Source of the DNA: Candidatus Xenobia bacterium
GTDB lineage: Bacteria; Vulcanimicrobiota; Xenobia; Xenobiales; QWHO01
NCBI GenBank assembly: GCA_045863235.1
Contig: BTUM01000029.1
Location: 1 to 64,000, forward strand
DNA: 64,000 nucleotides
Reading direction: 5' to 3'
The position numbers and the translations under genes are program-made. This document shows positions 39,813 to 49,233 of this stretch, one piece after another (position 1 is the first letter of the stretch; each line of letters starts with the position of its first letter). The notes below the pieces were generated by a model. The model did no database searches. It had not been told where the DNA came from and was given only the letters and a program-made list of their open reading frames with translations.

Positions 39813-40589
39813 GTGCTGTTTCGCTCGGAATACCTCAAGCTGGGCAGCGACCTGCCCGGACTGGCCCGCGAGTTCGGCCACCAGCTGACCGACCAGCAGC
39901 GCCAGGACGCGCTGGTGCTGGCTCTGGCCATGGACCGGATCGACGACCGCATCGACTCGTTGCCCACCCGGGAGGAGCGTGAGCAGGTCTACCGCCTGGT
40001 GCTCGACTCGCTGGCCCACGGCCAGCGCGATCTGAGCGCCGAGTCGGAGCCCTTCCGCTTCGCCCTGACGGGAGTTCGCGAGGCAGCCCTGCGGGCTGGA
40101 AGGCTGCCGGAGTTCTGCCAGGTGGTGGAGGATCTCATGCTGCTGGGCGAGTCTGTGCGACAGGTCGAATCCCCCTCTCGTTACGCCGACCTGGCGGTGC
40201 GCGAGGCGGACGTGACCGTGGCCCTGCTCTACCTGATCCTCACTCCGGCCCGTCCCGGGCCACGTTTCCGGCGCTTTCTGCGCCAGAGCGGAGTGGTCGG
40301 CAATCTCTTCGACAAGCTGGTGGACCTGGGCGAAGATCGGCGCGAGGGGCGCAGCCGGGTGCGCTGGGGGGCCTGGTGGCCGCTCACGCGAATCATCCTG
40401 GCGGCCAGCCTGGAGATCCCCCGCCTGCACCCGCATCCGCTAGCGCTGCTGCGCTGGGGGGCCAGCTACCTGGTCTACGGGCTGCGCTACCAGCTCGGAC
40501 TCGAGCCCCGTTTGCGTCCCTACGAGCGCCCTCGGGAACGAGCCCTGGCCTCCCGACCCGCTACGTGCCGCTTTGATCCCAGGGATTGA
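39813..40589 (+). CDS. Hypothetical protein, possible class I isoprenoid-synthase fold
   Basis: IDDRID (DDxxD) and NLFDKLVDLGEDRREGR (second metal-binding-like motif). All-helical. Confidence 0.5.
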   Translation: MLFRSEYLKLGSDLPGLAREFGHQLTDQQRQDALVLALAMDRIDDRIDSLPTREEREQVYRLVLDSLAHGQRDLSAESEPFRFALTGVREAALRAGRLPEFCQVVEDLMLLGESVRQVESPSRYADLAVREADVTVALLYLILTPARPGPRFRRFLRQSGVVGNLFDKLVDLGEDRREGRSRVRWGAWWPLTRIILAASLEIPRLHPHPLALLRWGASYLVYGLRYQLGLEPRLRPYERPRERALASRPATCRFDPRD

Positions 40590-40992
40590 GGACCGACGCG
40601 CCGCTCTGAGCGAAGTGGCGGGCGTTCCGGGTGACCACCGTCAGGCTCGACCGAAGTGCCGTGGAGGCAAGCAGACTGTCGATGACGGGCAGTGGCAATC
40701 CCTGTGACTCGCCTCGGGCTTGCAGCTCACCCCAACCGACAGCGACGGCTGAGTCCACCGCTAAGATGCGCCCCTGAAACTCGGCCGGCAACTCGCTCTC
40801 AACCCACTCCATCAAGCGCGTTCGCTTGCGGCCGGGCGCGAGTTTGCACACGCCCTTCCACAGCTCTCCAAGAGTAAGAACGCTGAGGAAGAGCTCGCCC
40901 GGGTCCCTGGTATCGAGGAATTCCCGTACCCCCCGGTCGGGCTCGGGACGCAGGGCTTCGGAGAGCACGCAGGTATCCAGAAGATAGCTCAA
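40561..40992 (-). CDS. vapC: VapC/FitB-family PIN-domain toxin
   Basis: SYLLDTCVLSE, SVLTLGEL, IDSLLASTA, VVTRNARHF. TTG start overlaps the antitoxin stop. Confidence 0.92.
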   Translation of the reverse strand: MSYLLDTCVLSEALRPEPDRGVREFLDTRDPGELFLSVLTLGELWKGVCKLAPGRKRTRLMEWVESELPAEFQGRILAVDSAVAVGWGELQARGESQGLPLPVIDSLLASTALRSSLTVVTRNARHFAQSGASVLNPWDQSGT

Positions 40993-41237
40993 AGCTCGAC
41001 CTCCCGGCCCGTGTCCGGGGACCGATCCAGCTCGAGCTCGACACCCACCAGGGGCGAAGCGCGCAAGAACTCCCACATCGAGCGCCGCGGGCGGGTGAGT
41101 TGGCGATACTGCTCGACCGCCACCACCACCACGGCATCGTGGCCTCGCACGGTGATGGTCTGGGGCCCATGCTCCTGGGCCTCGCGGATCACCTCGCTGA
41201 GACGGTTCTTGGCCTCCTGTAACTGCCACCTGATCAA
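40989..41237 (-). CDS. Phd/YefM-family antitoxin
   Basis: WQLQEAKNRLSEVIREAQEHGPQTITVRG. Confidence 0.9.
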   Translation of the reverse strand: MIRWQLQEAKNRLSEVIREAQEHGPQTITVRGHDAVVVVAVEQYRQLTRPRRSMWEFLRASPLVGVELELDRSPDTGREVEL

Positions 41238-41318
41238 TTGTCGGCCGCTCCTGTCCTCGCTGAAATGACAAAAATCTCCTAGACAGTCTAGACAGCTGTC
41301 ATGATATCCAACGAGGGG

Positions 41319-42197
41319 TCAGCGAGTCAAGCGCCACAGTCGGTGGGCCTTGCGGTTGCGAAAATCCACCGGCACCGTGTCCAGCTCTTGACCACGAAAC
41401 TCCGGGCTGAGCGTAAAGCGCTGGTGGTTGGTAGAGAACAGCAGCTCGCCCTCGGGCGTCAGTCGCTCCAGGCAGGCGCGGATCAAGATCGGATGATGCT
41501 CGGCCACGTCGAAATGGCCGCTCATCTTCTTGGAGTTGGAGAAGGTGGGCGGGTCGCACACGATCAGATCGAACAGGCCGTGGCCCTCCTCGAGCCAGGC
41601 CAGCACGTCGGCCCGCTCCAGCCGGTTGGACTCGAGGTCCAGGCCGTTGAGGCGAAAGTTGCGCTCGGACCATTCGAGGTACGTGTTGGACAGATCCACC
41701 GACACGGTAGCTCGCGCCCCGCCGTCGGCCGCGTAGACGCTGAAGCTGCCGGTGTAGCAAAACAAGTTGAGCACGCGCTTGCCAGCCGCCCGCTCGCGCA
41801 CCATCGCTCGCGTGTCGCGGTGGTCGAGAAACAGGCCGCTGTCATGGTAATCGGTCAGGTTGACCAGAAAGCGCAGGTTTCCCTCGCCCACCTCGAACTC
41901 GTGGGCTGGCGAGCCCTCGGCCTGGTACTGCCCCCCCGGCCGGCGGTCCTTGAGGAAGACCTCGGTGGGCTCGAGAGCATCGCGCACCTCTTGCTCCACC
42001 CGCGCCATCCAGGCCGAGCGGTCGTCGGTGTGCTTCTGGGCGCACTGAACCAGGGCCCGCCCCTCGTACCAGTCGACCGTGACCGGTTCTTCGGGGATGT
42101 CGCGATCATAGACGCGAAAGCAACTGACGCCCTCGCGCCGGGCCCACTTGCGCAGGTGGCGGAAGCTCTTGCCCAGGCGGTTGGCGAGCTGGCCCAA
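41319..42197 (-). CDS. Class I SAM-dependent rRNA methyltransferase (RlmK/RlmI-like)
   Basis: FRVYDRDIPE, VNLTDYHDSGLFLDHR, LNLFCYTGSFS, DLSNTYLEW, DPPTFSNSKKM. Matches the C-terminal half of RlmKL. Confidence 0.88.
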   Translation of the reverse strand: MGQLANRLGKSFRHLRKWARREGVSCFRVYDRDIPEEPVTVDWYEGRALVQCAQKHTDDRSAWMARVEQEVRDALEPTEVFLKDRRPGGQYQAEGSPAHEFEVGEGNLRFLVNLTDYHDSGLFLDHRDTRAMVRERAAGKRVLNLFCYTGSFSVYAADGGARATVSVDLSNTYLEWSERNFRLNGLDLESNRLERADVLAWLEEGHGLFDLIVCDPPTFSNSKKMSGHFDVAEHHPILIRACLERLTPEGELLFSTNHQRFTLSPEFRGQELDTVPVDFRNRKAHRLWRLTR

Positions 42198-42312
42198 CCT
42201 GAGCTACACGTCCCTGTTCAGAATTGCGCCAATTCCTGAGGTCAGGTCGGACTCGAGCTTTCCGCACCTGAGCGGCCCCGCGCTCATTCCTGAAGAGGTC
42301 AACTCGCGGCGC

Positions 42313-43785
42313 CTAGTTGAGCTGTTTCAGGAGCCCGACGCGGTTATTGAACTCGTCGATCAGCGCGTCCAACTCGTCGAGTCGACCGTGGATTCGGGTC
42401 CAGTAATCCTTCTGATACCACTGAGCCTGGATCTCCTCGTAGGTCTTGCCCTGCTGCTCGACCCAGGTGTAGTACTTCAGGTTGTGGACCCGCTTCTTGC
42501 CCCAGTAGTCGAGCTCTTCCATCTCGTCGGTGCTCAGACCCAGCAGGTAGCGTGCGTGGGTGGCGGCTGCCTGGGCCTCGGTGAGAGGCCCGCGCGACTC
42601 GTTCAACTCGCGCAGGCGGCTGTGATACATCTCCAGCGAGTCGGTGAGCACGGTGATGATCACGTCCTTCTCGCCCATCTCGTACCACTTTGCCATCTTG
42701 ATCGCGGCCGCCAGGTTCCCGATGCACGAGATGCCGAGCCAGGACAGCTTGTCGATGAACGGAGAGGAAAGCCCCTGGCTGGCCAGGTACTTCTGGCCGG
42801 CCGGCTCATTGAGCAGGCGCAAGACCGAGATGGGCCCCTCGTCGTCCACCGCGATGACGAGGTCGGTGTTCTTGACATTGTGAATCCAGGGCACGTGCTT
42901 GTCGCCGATGCCCTCGATGCGGTGCTCGCCGAAGCCATTGCGCAGCAGGGTGGGGCACTGAGTGGCCTCGCTGGCGGCGATCTTGGAGTGAGGCCAGACC
43001 TCCTTGAGGTAGTCACCGGCGGCGATGGTGCCCCCCGAGCCGGTGGCCGACACCAGCCCGCGGAACTCGTCGCCGGGCCGCATGGCGGCGCGCAGCACCT
43101 CTTCCATCGCCCGTCCGGTGATCTCGTAGTGCCAGAGGTAGTTGCCGAACTCTTCGAACTGGTTGAAGATCGACAGGCTCTGGCCGGAGTTGCGCAGCTC
43201 CCAGCACTTGTCAAAGATCTCCTTGACGTTGGACTCGCTGCCGGGAGTCTTGATGATCTCGCCGGCCACCTTCTGGAGCCACTCGAAGCGCTCGGCGCTC
43301 ATACCCTCGGGCAAGATGGCGATCGACTCGCAGCCGAGCAGGGCCGAGTCGTAAGCACCGCCGCGGCAGTAGTTGCCGGTTGAGGGCCAGACGGCCTTCT
43401 GGCTGGTGGGGTCGAACTGGCCGGTGACCAGCCGCGGAACCAGGCAGCCAAAGGCTGCGCCCACCTTGTGGGCTCCGGTGGGGAACCACTTGCCCACGAC
43501 GGCCAGGATGCGCGCCTTGACCCCCGTCAGCTCGGGCGGGAACTCCAGGTAGGTGACCGGGCCGAAGCCGCCCCCCTGAGGAACCGGCTCATTGTGCCAG
43601 GTGATGCGGAACAAATTGATCGGATTGAGGTCCCACAGGCCCACCTCCTTGAGGCGGGCCTTGACGGGCGCCGGCACCAGGCCGGGATCGCGCTGCTGCT
43701 TGAAGGTGGGGATGATGATGTTCTTCTCGCGAGCCCTTTGGACGGCGCGCTGGAGCGGTTCTTCGTGAACGGTGAGGTCGAGCAT
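42313..43785 (-). CDS. PLP-dependent enzyme (fold type II, cysteine synthase/threonine dehydratase superfamily)
   Basis: FPTGAHKVGAA (PLP Lys), STGNY, TGSGGT, HRIEGIG. Confidence 0.85.
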   Translation of the reverse strand: MLDLTVHEEPLQRAVQRAREKNIIIPTFKQQRDPGLVPAPVKARLKEVGLWDLNPINLFRITWHNEPVPQGGGFGPVTYLEFPPELTGVKARILAVVGKWFPTGAHKVGAAFGCLVPRLVTGQFDPTSQKAVWPSTGNYCRGGAYDSALLGCESIAILPEGMSAERFEWLQKVAGEIIKTPGSESNVKEIFDKCWELRNSGQSLSIFNQFEEFGNYLWHYEITGRAMEEVLRAAMRPGDEFRGLVSATGSGGTIAAGDYLKEVWPHSKIAASEATQCPTLLRNGFGEHRIEGIGDKHVPWIHNVKNTDLVIAVDDEGPISVLRLLNEPAGQKYLASQGLSSPFIDKLSWLGISCIGNLAAAIKMAKWYEMGEKDVIITVLTDSLEMYHSRLRELNESRGPLTEAQAAATHARYLLGLSTDEMEELDYWGKKRVHNLKYYTWVEQQGKTYEEIQAQWYQKDYWTRIHGRLDELDALIDEFNNRVGLLKQLN

Positions 43786-43847
43786 GGCTGCGCTTTCGAC
43801 CCGCCGGGGGGAAAGCCCCTCTCGGAAGAGAAACGCCTCGGCGCACC

Positions 43848-44453
43848 GTGAACTTCCTCTGGAACGGCCCCGCACGGGGTCCCAAGCTGCTGCTGGCCCA
43901 CGGCTCGGGAGCGCCGATGGATTCGCCCTTCCTGGATACCATCGCCACCGGTCTGGGCAAACGAGGCTTGCGGGTGGGGCGCTTCGAGTTTCCCTACATG
44001 CAAAAGCGCCGCGAAAGCGGGGGCAAGCGCCCGCCCGACCCGCGCGAGAAGCTGATCGCTTGCTGGCGCGAGGCCGTGGCGGCGGTGAGCGGCCCGGTGG
44101 TGCTGGCCGGAAAGTCGCTGGGAGGGCGTATCGCGAGCTACCTGACCGACGAGGTGGGGGCCCGGGCCCTGGTGGTGCTCGGTTACCCCTACCATCCCCC
44201 GGGACGCCCTGAAACCCTCCGCATCGAGCACCTCGAGCACCTGAAGACTCCCGCCCTCTTCTTGCAGGGCACCCGGGACGTGTTCGGTTCTCCCGAAGAG
44301 ATCGCCGGCTATCCCCTGGCGGCGAGCATCCGCCGCGAATGGATCCCCGACGGCGATCACGCCTTCGTGCCGCGTGCCTCCTCGGGCCGCACCGAGCAGG
44401 AGAACCTGGCCCTGGCGGTGGATCGGGTAGTAGACTTTCTGGACGGGTTGTGA
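43848..44453 (+). CDS. Alpha/beta hydrolase (KANL3/Tex30-like)
   Basis: LAHGSGAPMDS, GKSLGGR nucleophile elbow, GYPYHPPG, QGTRD, DGDH. Confidence 0.88.
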   Translation: MNFLWNGPARGPKLLLAHGSGAPMDSPFLDTIATGLGKRGLRVGRFEFPYMQKRRESGGKRPPDPREKLIACWREAVAAVSGPVVLAGKSLGGRIASYLTDEVGARALVVLGYPYHPPGRPETLRIEHLEHLKTPALFLQGTRDVFGSPEEIAGYPLAASIRREWIPDGDHAFVPRASSGRTEQENLALAVDRVVDFLDGL

Positions 44454-44458
44454 TATTC

Positions 44459-44483
44459 TGTAAGTGTCAAACATACACTTACA
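44459..44483. promoter_or_regulatory. Inverted repeat TGTAAGTGT-N7-ACACTTACA, probable operator
   Basis: Perfect 9-bp arms in an AT-rich spacer directly before the GGGAGG SD of the 44501 gene. Confidence 0.55.
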
Positions 44484-44500
44484 CGGGAGGCGTGAAGACG

Positions 44501-45160
44501 ATGGGGAACAACCGGTTCCAGCTCTACTCGCTGCTGGCGATGGCGGTGGTCTGTCTGGCCATCATCGGGGTCGCCAAGAGCATGATGAAGCCCCAGACCT
44601 ACCCGGGAGACCGCACCGAAATGCGCGACTGCCGCTGGTGCGGCGGCACCGGTGAAGGGGGCGACGAGCGGGAGATGGCCATGCAGGGCGAGGGGATGCC
44701 TCCTCGCGGCGGCGGGGGCGGAGTGTGTCCTGGCTGCCGGGGCAAGAAGAAGCTCAGCGTGATCGTCCCCGGCCCCAACCACCCGGCCGTAGTGCGCGGC
44801 AGCGTGCGCGACGTCAAAGCGATGGGGGCTGAGGCCACAAGCCCGGAAGCGGCCGCGCTGCTGGCCTTCCACGAAAATCGCAGCCCGGGCCCGGTCAAAG
44901 GCGCGGTGGGGGGAGCGAAGGTCGTGTTCGACAACGGCAGCAAGAAGGTGGAATACACCGTGCCCGCCAACGGCAAGATCAAGACGATGCTGGTCCCGGG
45001 GCACTACAAGGTGACCGTGACGGCGGAGGGCTTCCAGGATTACCACGATGAGGTCGACGTAGCCGCCCGGCGCGAGCCCATCTGGGACGAGCGCGCCCGG
45101 CTCATCACCGAGGAGTCGGTGGCCGACCAGACCGAGGTACTGTTCCTGCTCAGCCGCTGA
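44501..45160 (+). CDS. Membrane-anchored protein with a DnaJ-type zinc finger and a carboxypeptidase-regulatory-like beta domain
   Basis: N-terminal TM helix, CRWCGGTG and CPGCRG, VRGSVRD...LVPGHYKVTVTAEGF. Confidence 0.6.
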   Translation: MGNNRFQLYSLLAMAVVCLAIIGVAKSMMKPQTYPGDRTEMRDCRWCGGTGEGGDEREMAMQGEGMPPRGGGGGVCPGCRGKKKLSVIVPGPNHPAVVRGSVRDVKAMGAEATSPEAAALLAFHENRSPGPVKGAVGGAKVVFDNGSKKVEYTVPANGKIKTMLVPGHYKVTVTAEGFQDYHDEVDVAARREPIWDERARLITEESVADQTEVLFLLSR

Positions 45161-45743
45161 ACGGAAAGTGCAGCCCCTGCTTCTCGGCCCGCTCAGCATC
45201 GAGCTCGAAGACCGAGATGGCGTGAATGCAGTCGGAGTTGAAGCCGCACTTGAGGCCCGCCCGCACGGTCTCGAAGGCCAGGCCCGGATAATACAGGGGG
45301 CCGGTCACGAGACTCTGCAGGGCGTGCTGGTTTTCATGGTCCATCACCCGCTGGCTGAGCTTGCGCGAAGCAAAGCCCAGGCAGCCGGGGGTGAAGGCGG
45401 TGGTGTCCTCCAGGAAGGTCTTGCCGATCCAGCGGGCCACCCCGCGCGAGTTCTCATACAGGGCAAAGCCGTACTGCCCGGTACGCCGCTCGCCAGTAGT
45501 ACCCAGCGAGATCAAGAGACTGACCGTATTCTGCACGATAGTGGTTGGGTTCACGCAGGTCACAGCCACCGCCAGGGCCAGGTCTTTCGTCTTGTCGACG
45601 GCGTAGTCGCGGGCTTTCTCGCCCAGCGAGCGGAAGTCGGGCGGGGCGTCCACGCTCCAGTTGCAGTCGACTTCTGGAGCGCTCGCGGGAGCCTGAATGG
45701 GCATGCGGGAAGGAGCGCAGGCGGAGAGGCTCTGAATCTGCAT
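45150..45743 (-). CDS. Hypothetical protein with a zincin-like HExxH motif
   Basis: DHENQHALQ...FELDA. TACAAT-N6-ATG upstream supports the 45743 start. Ser/Pro-rich N-terminus. Confidence 0.55.
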   Translation of the reverse strand: MQIQSLSACAPSRMPIQAPASAPEVDCNWSVDAPPDFRSLGEKARDYAVDKTKDLALAVAVTCVNPTTIVQNTVSLLISLGTTGERRTGQYGFALYENSRGVARWIGKTFLEDTTAFTPGCLGFASRKLSQRVMDHENQHALQSLVTGPLYYPGLAFETVRAGLKCGFNSDCIHAISVFELDAERAEKQGLHFPFSG

Positions 45744-45795
45744 CGCCTCATTGTAGTGTTGCCGATCTGCGATGAAGGTTAGCAAGCCGTAAACA

Positions 45796-46647
45796 TCAAG
45801 GTTGGCAGCCCGGGCACCAGTACGTGACCCGAGCCTCGGCCCCCCAGACCCGGCGCTGAATGGGGGCCCGGCAGACCCGGCAGGGCCGCCCGCCCATTTC
45901 GTAGACCCAGTGGGTGGGCCTAGCGCGCTGGGGCTCGCGGCGGCGATCGAAGGTGGTCGTGCGCTCCCAGCCGCCCAGGTTGGCCAGCAGGGCGTCCCGA
46001 CCCCGCGCCAGCAAGCTGAGAACCGCCTGCGGACCGATCTCACCCACGGGGGTCCAGGGATTGTAGCCCTCGTGAGGCTCGAAGAAGCGCCCCTGCAGGG
46101 CCCAGTTGGGGTAAGCGCCCAGAAAGCAAAGCTCGCTCTTGTAGACATTGCCCAGCCCCGCAGCCACCCGCTGATCGAGCAGCACCTCGGCCAGAGGCCT
46201 GTCGGGCTGGCTCAAGGCGCGCTGACCCGCCACCTCGAGCGCTGGCTCGGGGCCGAGCAAATCCGGCCCCAACCTGGCGATGGGCAGAAAGATTGGCAGC
46301 TCACGAGCTTCGAACAGATCGGCGTTCTTGGGAGTGAAGCAGACGAAGACGTGCTCAGGGGTGGAAAGCTGCACGCGAGCATCGCGGGCCGACCCCTTCC
46401 AGCTCTCTTCGGGAGCGTAGCGATGCCAGCTTCCGTTCATTCCAAGGTGGACCCGCAGCATCATCTCGCGCTTGCCCTGCAGCGTGAAGAGGAAGTTCTT
46501 CCCCCTGGTCTCCAGGCTGGTGACCAGGCTTCCCTTCAGCCGCTCCGAGCCGACCACGGTGAGAATGCGAGCTCGCTCGAGCCTTTGCCCGACCAGCAGC
46601 GGTCGCATTGCGGCGGCCACCTTGTAGACCGTGTCTCCTTCCGGCAC
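45796..46647 (-). CDS. nei: Fpg/Nei family DNA glycosylase (endonuclease VIII-like)
   Basis: MPEGDTV, RGK, VHLGMNGSW, H2TH LLDQRVAAGLGNVYKSE, C-terminal CxxC...CxxCQ zinc finger. Confidence 0.9.
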   Translation of the reverse strand: MPEGDTVYKVAAAMRPLLVGQRLERARILTVVGSERLKGSLVTSLETRGKNFLFTLQGKREMMLRVHLGMNGSWHRYAPEESWKGSARDARVQLSTPEHVFVCFTPKNADLFEARELPIFLPIARLGPDLLGPEPALEVAGQRALSQPDRPLAEVLLDQRVAAGLGNVYKSELCFLGAYPNWALQGRFFEPHEGYNPWTPVGEIGPQAVLSLLARGRDALLANLGGWERTTTFDRRREPQRARPTHWVYEMGGRPCRVCRAPIQRRVWGAEARVTYWCPGCQP

Positions 46648-46798
46648 AGGGAACCAGGCTTCGCCGACCGCGGCGGCAGGCCTTCGCGTCGATCGGGAAT
46701 GCGCATGCGCTGGGACTCGTGCGGGAGCAACCCGCCCGCATGAGGCGGCGTTCGACCCACATGCGCAAGAGGTCGTGCGGAGCGGGGAGCGCTCATAA

Positions 46799-46827
46799 GA
46801 GAGGCCCCCGGAAACCGGGGGCCTCTC
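46799..46827 (-). terminator. Intrinsic terminator-like hairpin after the S8 protease gene
   Basis: GAGAGGCCCCCGG-AAA-CCGGGGGCCTCTC, a perfect 13-bp stem. Confidence 0.75.
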
Positions 46828-46848
46828 AGCCTCAGGAGCTTTGAAGGG

Positions 46849-49107
46849 TTACTTCTGCTCGCTGCTCTTGTCGCCGGCGATGACCATGTTGTCGAGGTAG
46901 AACCCGTCCGCGGTCTGGCTCGAGTCGGCATTCAGGCGGAAGCGCAGCTGCACGTCCTGGCCGTCGTACTTGGAGATGTCCACCGAGCGGCTGCTCCAGT
47001 CGGAGGAACCGGTGAAGCCAGCCAGGCGCTCCCAGTTCTGCCCGTCCGTCGAGCCTTCCACGTAGACGTTGTCGTAGCGGCGCTCGAGGTCGAACTTGGT
47101 GTCGAAGATGAGCGTGCTGCCCTGGAACTGCTGCAGCGAGATCGGCCGGGTGGTCAACGAGGTGTTGGCCCGATCGGCGTAGTTCCCGCTGGGGCTGTCG
47201 GTCCAGACCTTGCCGCGACCCTCGGCGTCCACCTGGGCCCAGCTATCGGCCGGGATAAAGTTCTCGGCGCCGCCGTCCATGTTGTCCTCGAAGGCCAACT
47301 GGGCGGGAGGCAGGTTCACGCTGCCGGTGCGGATCTCGGAGGCGTTGCCCACGTTGTCGCGCACCTTGAGGGCGTAGTACTTGGTCCGCTCCTGGCCGGA
47401 GGGAACCACCGAGAAGCTGGCCTGCTCCAGAGTGCCCGTGGCGCTGGGCTTGGCCGTGGCAACCAGCTCGGCGTTGGAGAAGGACACCTGGCCTTCGGCC
47501 GCCTCGCCGTCCACGATGGGCTTGTCGGAGACGCGCAGCTCGTAGCTGCCCGCCTGGCCGCACCAGCCGTCGTCGCCGGTGGCGGTCCACTGCAGGGTGG
47601 CGCCGTTGGCGCGGGCCGAGATGGCGCGCAGGTCGTTGGGAGCGGCCGGGGCTACCGAGTCGTTGTCGAGGGCGTTGGCCGCGTTCAGGCGTCCGCCGCT
47701 GACCACCTTGCCGTCGAGCTGGGACAGCTTGTCCGAGCCGTTCATCAGGCGGGCCTTGATCTCTTCGTTGGTGGCGTTGGGATAGGCGGCGGCGATCAGG
47801 CCGGCCACGCCGGACACGTGCGGAGTGGCCATCGAGGTGCCGCTCATGTCGCCGTAGCTGCCCTTGCTGACCGGCACGGTGGACCAGATGTCCACGCCCG
47901 GCGCGGCGATGTCCACCGAAGTGGCGCCGAAGCAGGAGAAGTCAGCGAGCTGGTCGTTGCGGTCGGTGGCCGCCACGGCCACGTTGTTGGGCAGGTCGTA
48001 GCTGGAGGGGTAGTGCGGGCTGGTGTCGTTGTCCGAGCCCGAGTTGCCCGCGGCCATGATGTGCAGGGCCGGGCTGTTCTTGAAGGCGTCGTAGATGCCC
48101 TGATTGAACTGGCCGCCGCCCCAGCTGTTGGAGGTGATGCGGGCGCCCATCTGGGTGGCGTAGTTGATGCCGCGAATGATGCTGGCGGCGTCGGTCGAGC
48201 CCTGGTCGGAGAAGATCTTGACCGGCATGATGGTGGCCTGCCAGTTCACGCCCACAACGCCCTGGGCGTTGTTGCCGCTGGCGCCGATGGTGCCCGAGCA
48301 GTGGCTGCCGTGGGAGTGTCCGTCCATGGGGTTGCCGTTGTTGGCCAGGGCGTTGTAGCCGTGCACGTCGTCGATGACGCCGTTGCCGTCGTTGTCGATG
48401 CCGTCGCCCGGAATCTCGCCAGGGTTGGTCCAGATGTTGTCCTTCAGGTCTGGGTGGTTGAAGTCGGCGCCGGTGTCGATCACGGCGATGATGGGGCCAC
48501 CCGCGTCGGTGCGCGCGCCGGTGCTGACCGTCCAGGCCTCGGGAGCGTCGATGTCAGCGTCGGCCGTGCCGTTGTCCTGGCCGCTGTTGTTCAGGCCCCA
48601 GAGGCGGGTGTCCAGGTCGTCGGGCAGGTTGACGCCTTCTTTGGGCTGGGAGCCATCCAGCGTGAAGGTGTGGTTGGGCTCGACGTAGGCAACCCGGTCG
48701 TCCTTGGCCATGACGGCCATCGCCTCGGCGGTGGACATCCCGGCCGGCAGCTTGAGCTGTACCAGCTCGCCGTCAGCGTTCTTGAACAGGTTGGGAAGAT
48801 TGAACTTGTGCAGGGTGGAGGCGCCATACTCATTGGCGAAGCCGTCCACGTCCATCAGGCCGTTCTCGCCGGCCTTCAGCTTGACCAGCACCTGGCCTTC
48901 CACGTGAGGTCCGAGCTTGGACTCGAGCGATTTGGCCTCGGAGGCCACCGAGGCCTGCATGGCGGCGAGGTCCTGGCGCGAGGGCAGCGAGCTCGCCTCG
49001 ACGCTGGCGCCGCGGCCGTCGGCCGGGCTCGAAGGGGCGGACGGGGCCGCCGACTGGGGGCGACTGAGTGAGCTCAGTCCGCTCTGGTGGTGGATCTGGG
49101 AAATCAT
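46849..49107 (-). CDS. S8 subtilisin-like serine protease with prodomain, FN3-like and C-terminal beta-sandwich domains
   Basis: IAVIDTG (Asp), HGSHCSG (His), AAGN, SGTSMATPHVSG (Ser). ATG 49107 after GGGAGG. No signal peptide. Confidence 0.95.
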   Translation of the reverse strand: MISQIHHQSGLSSLSRPQSAAPSAPSSPADGRGASVEASSLPSRQDLAAMQASVASEAKSLESKLGPHVEGQVLVKLKAGENGLMDVDGFANEYGASTLHKFNLPNLFKNADGELVQLKLPAGMSTAEAMAVMAKDDRVAYVEPNHTFTLDGSQPKEGVNLPDDLDTRLWGLNNSGQDNGTADADIDAPEAWTVSTGARTDAGGPIIAVIDTGADFNHPDLKDNIWTNPGEIPGDGIDNDGNGVIDDVHGYNALANNGNPMDGHSHGSHCSGTIGASGNNAQGVVGVNWQATIMPVKIFSDQGSTDAASIIRGINYATQMGARITSNSWGGGQFNQGIYDAFKNSPALHIMAAGNSGSDNDTSPHYPSSYDLPNNVAVAATDRNDQLADFSCFGATSVDIAAPGVDIWSTVPVSKGSYGDMSGTSMATPHVSGVAGLIAAAYPNATNEEIKARLMNGSDKLSQLDGKVVSGGRLNAANALDNDSVAPAAPNDLRAISARANGATLQWTATGDDGWCGQAGSYELRVSDKPIVDGEAAEGQVSFSNAELVATAKPSATGTLEQASFSVVPSGQERTKYYALKVRDNVGNASEIRTGSVNLPPAQLAFEDNMDGGAENFIPADSWAQVDAEGRGKVWTDSPSGNYADRANTSLTTRPISLQQFQGSTLIFDTKFDLERRYDNVYVEGSTDGQNWERLAGFTGSSDWSSRSVDISKYDGQDVQLRFRLNADSSQTADGFYLDNMVIAGDKSSEQK

Positions 49108-49233
49108 GGTGGTCCTCCCGACTCTATGTTGTGCCAGCATCCTAAACCGGACGGGCCGGGGGGAAGGTGACCGGGTCGTTAACAGGCCGCCATGGTTTTC
49201 AGGCTTTTTTCAGCCGGTGTCGAAGGCCCGGGC

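Noticed and set aside
45744..45790. Regulon box before genes 45743, 18518, 34000 and 960
   Set aside because: A -10-N6-start arrangement is present or plausible, but CTTTCAG is absent or off-register at the required position.
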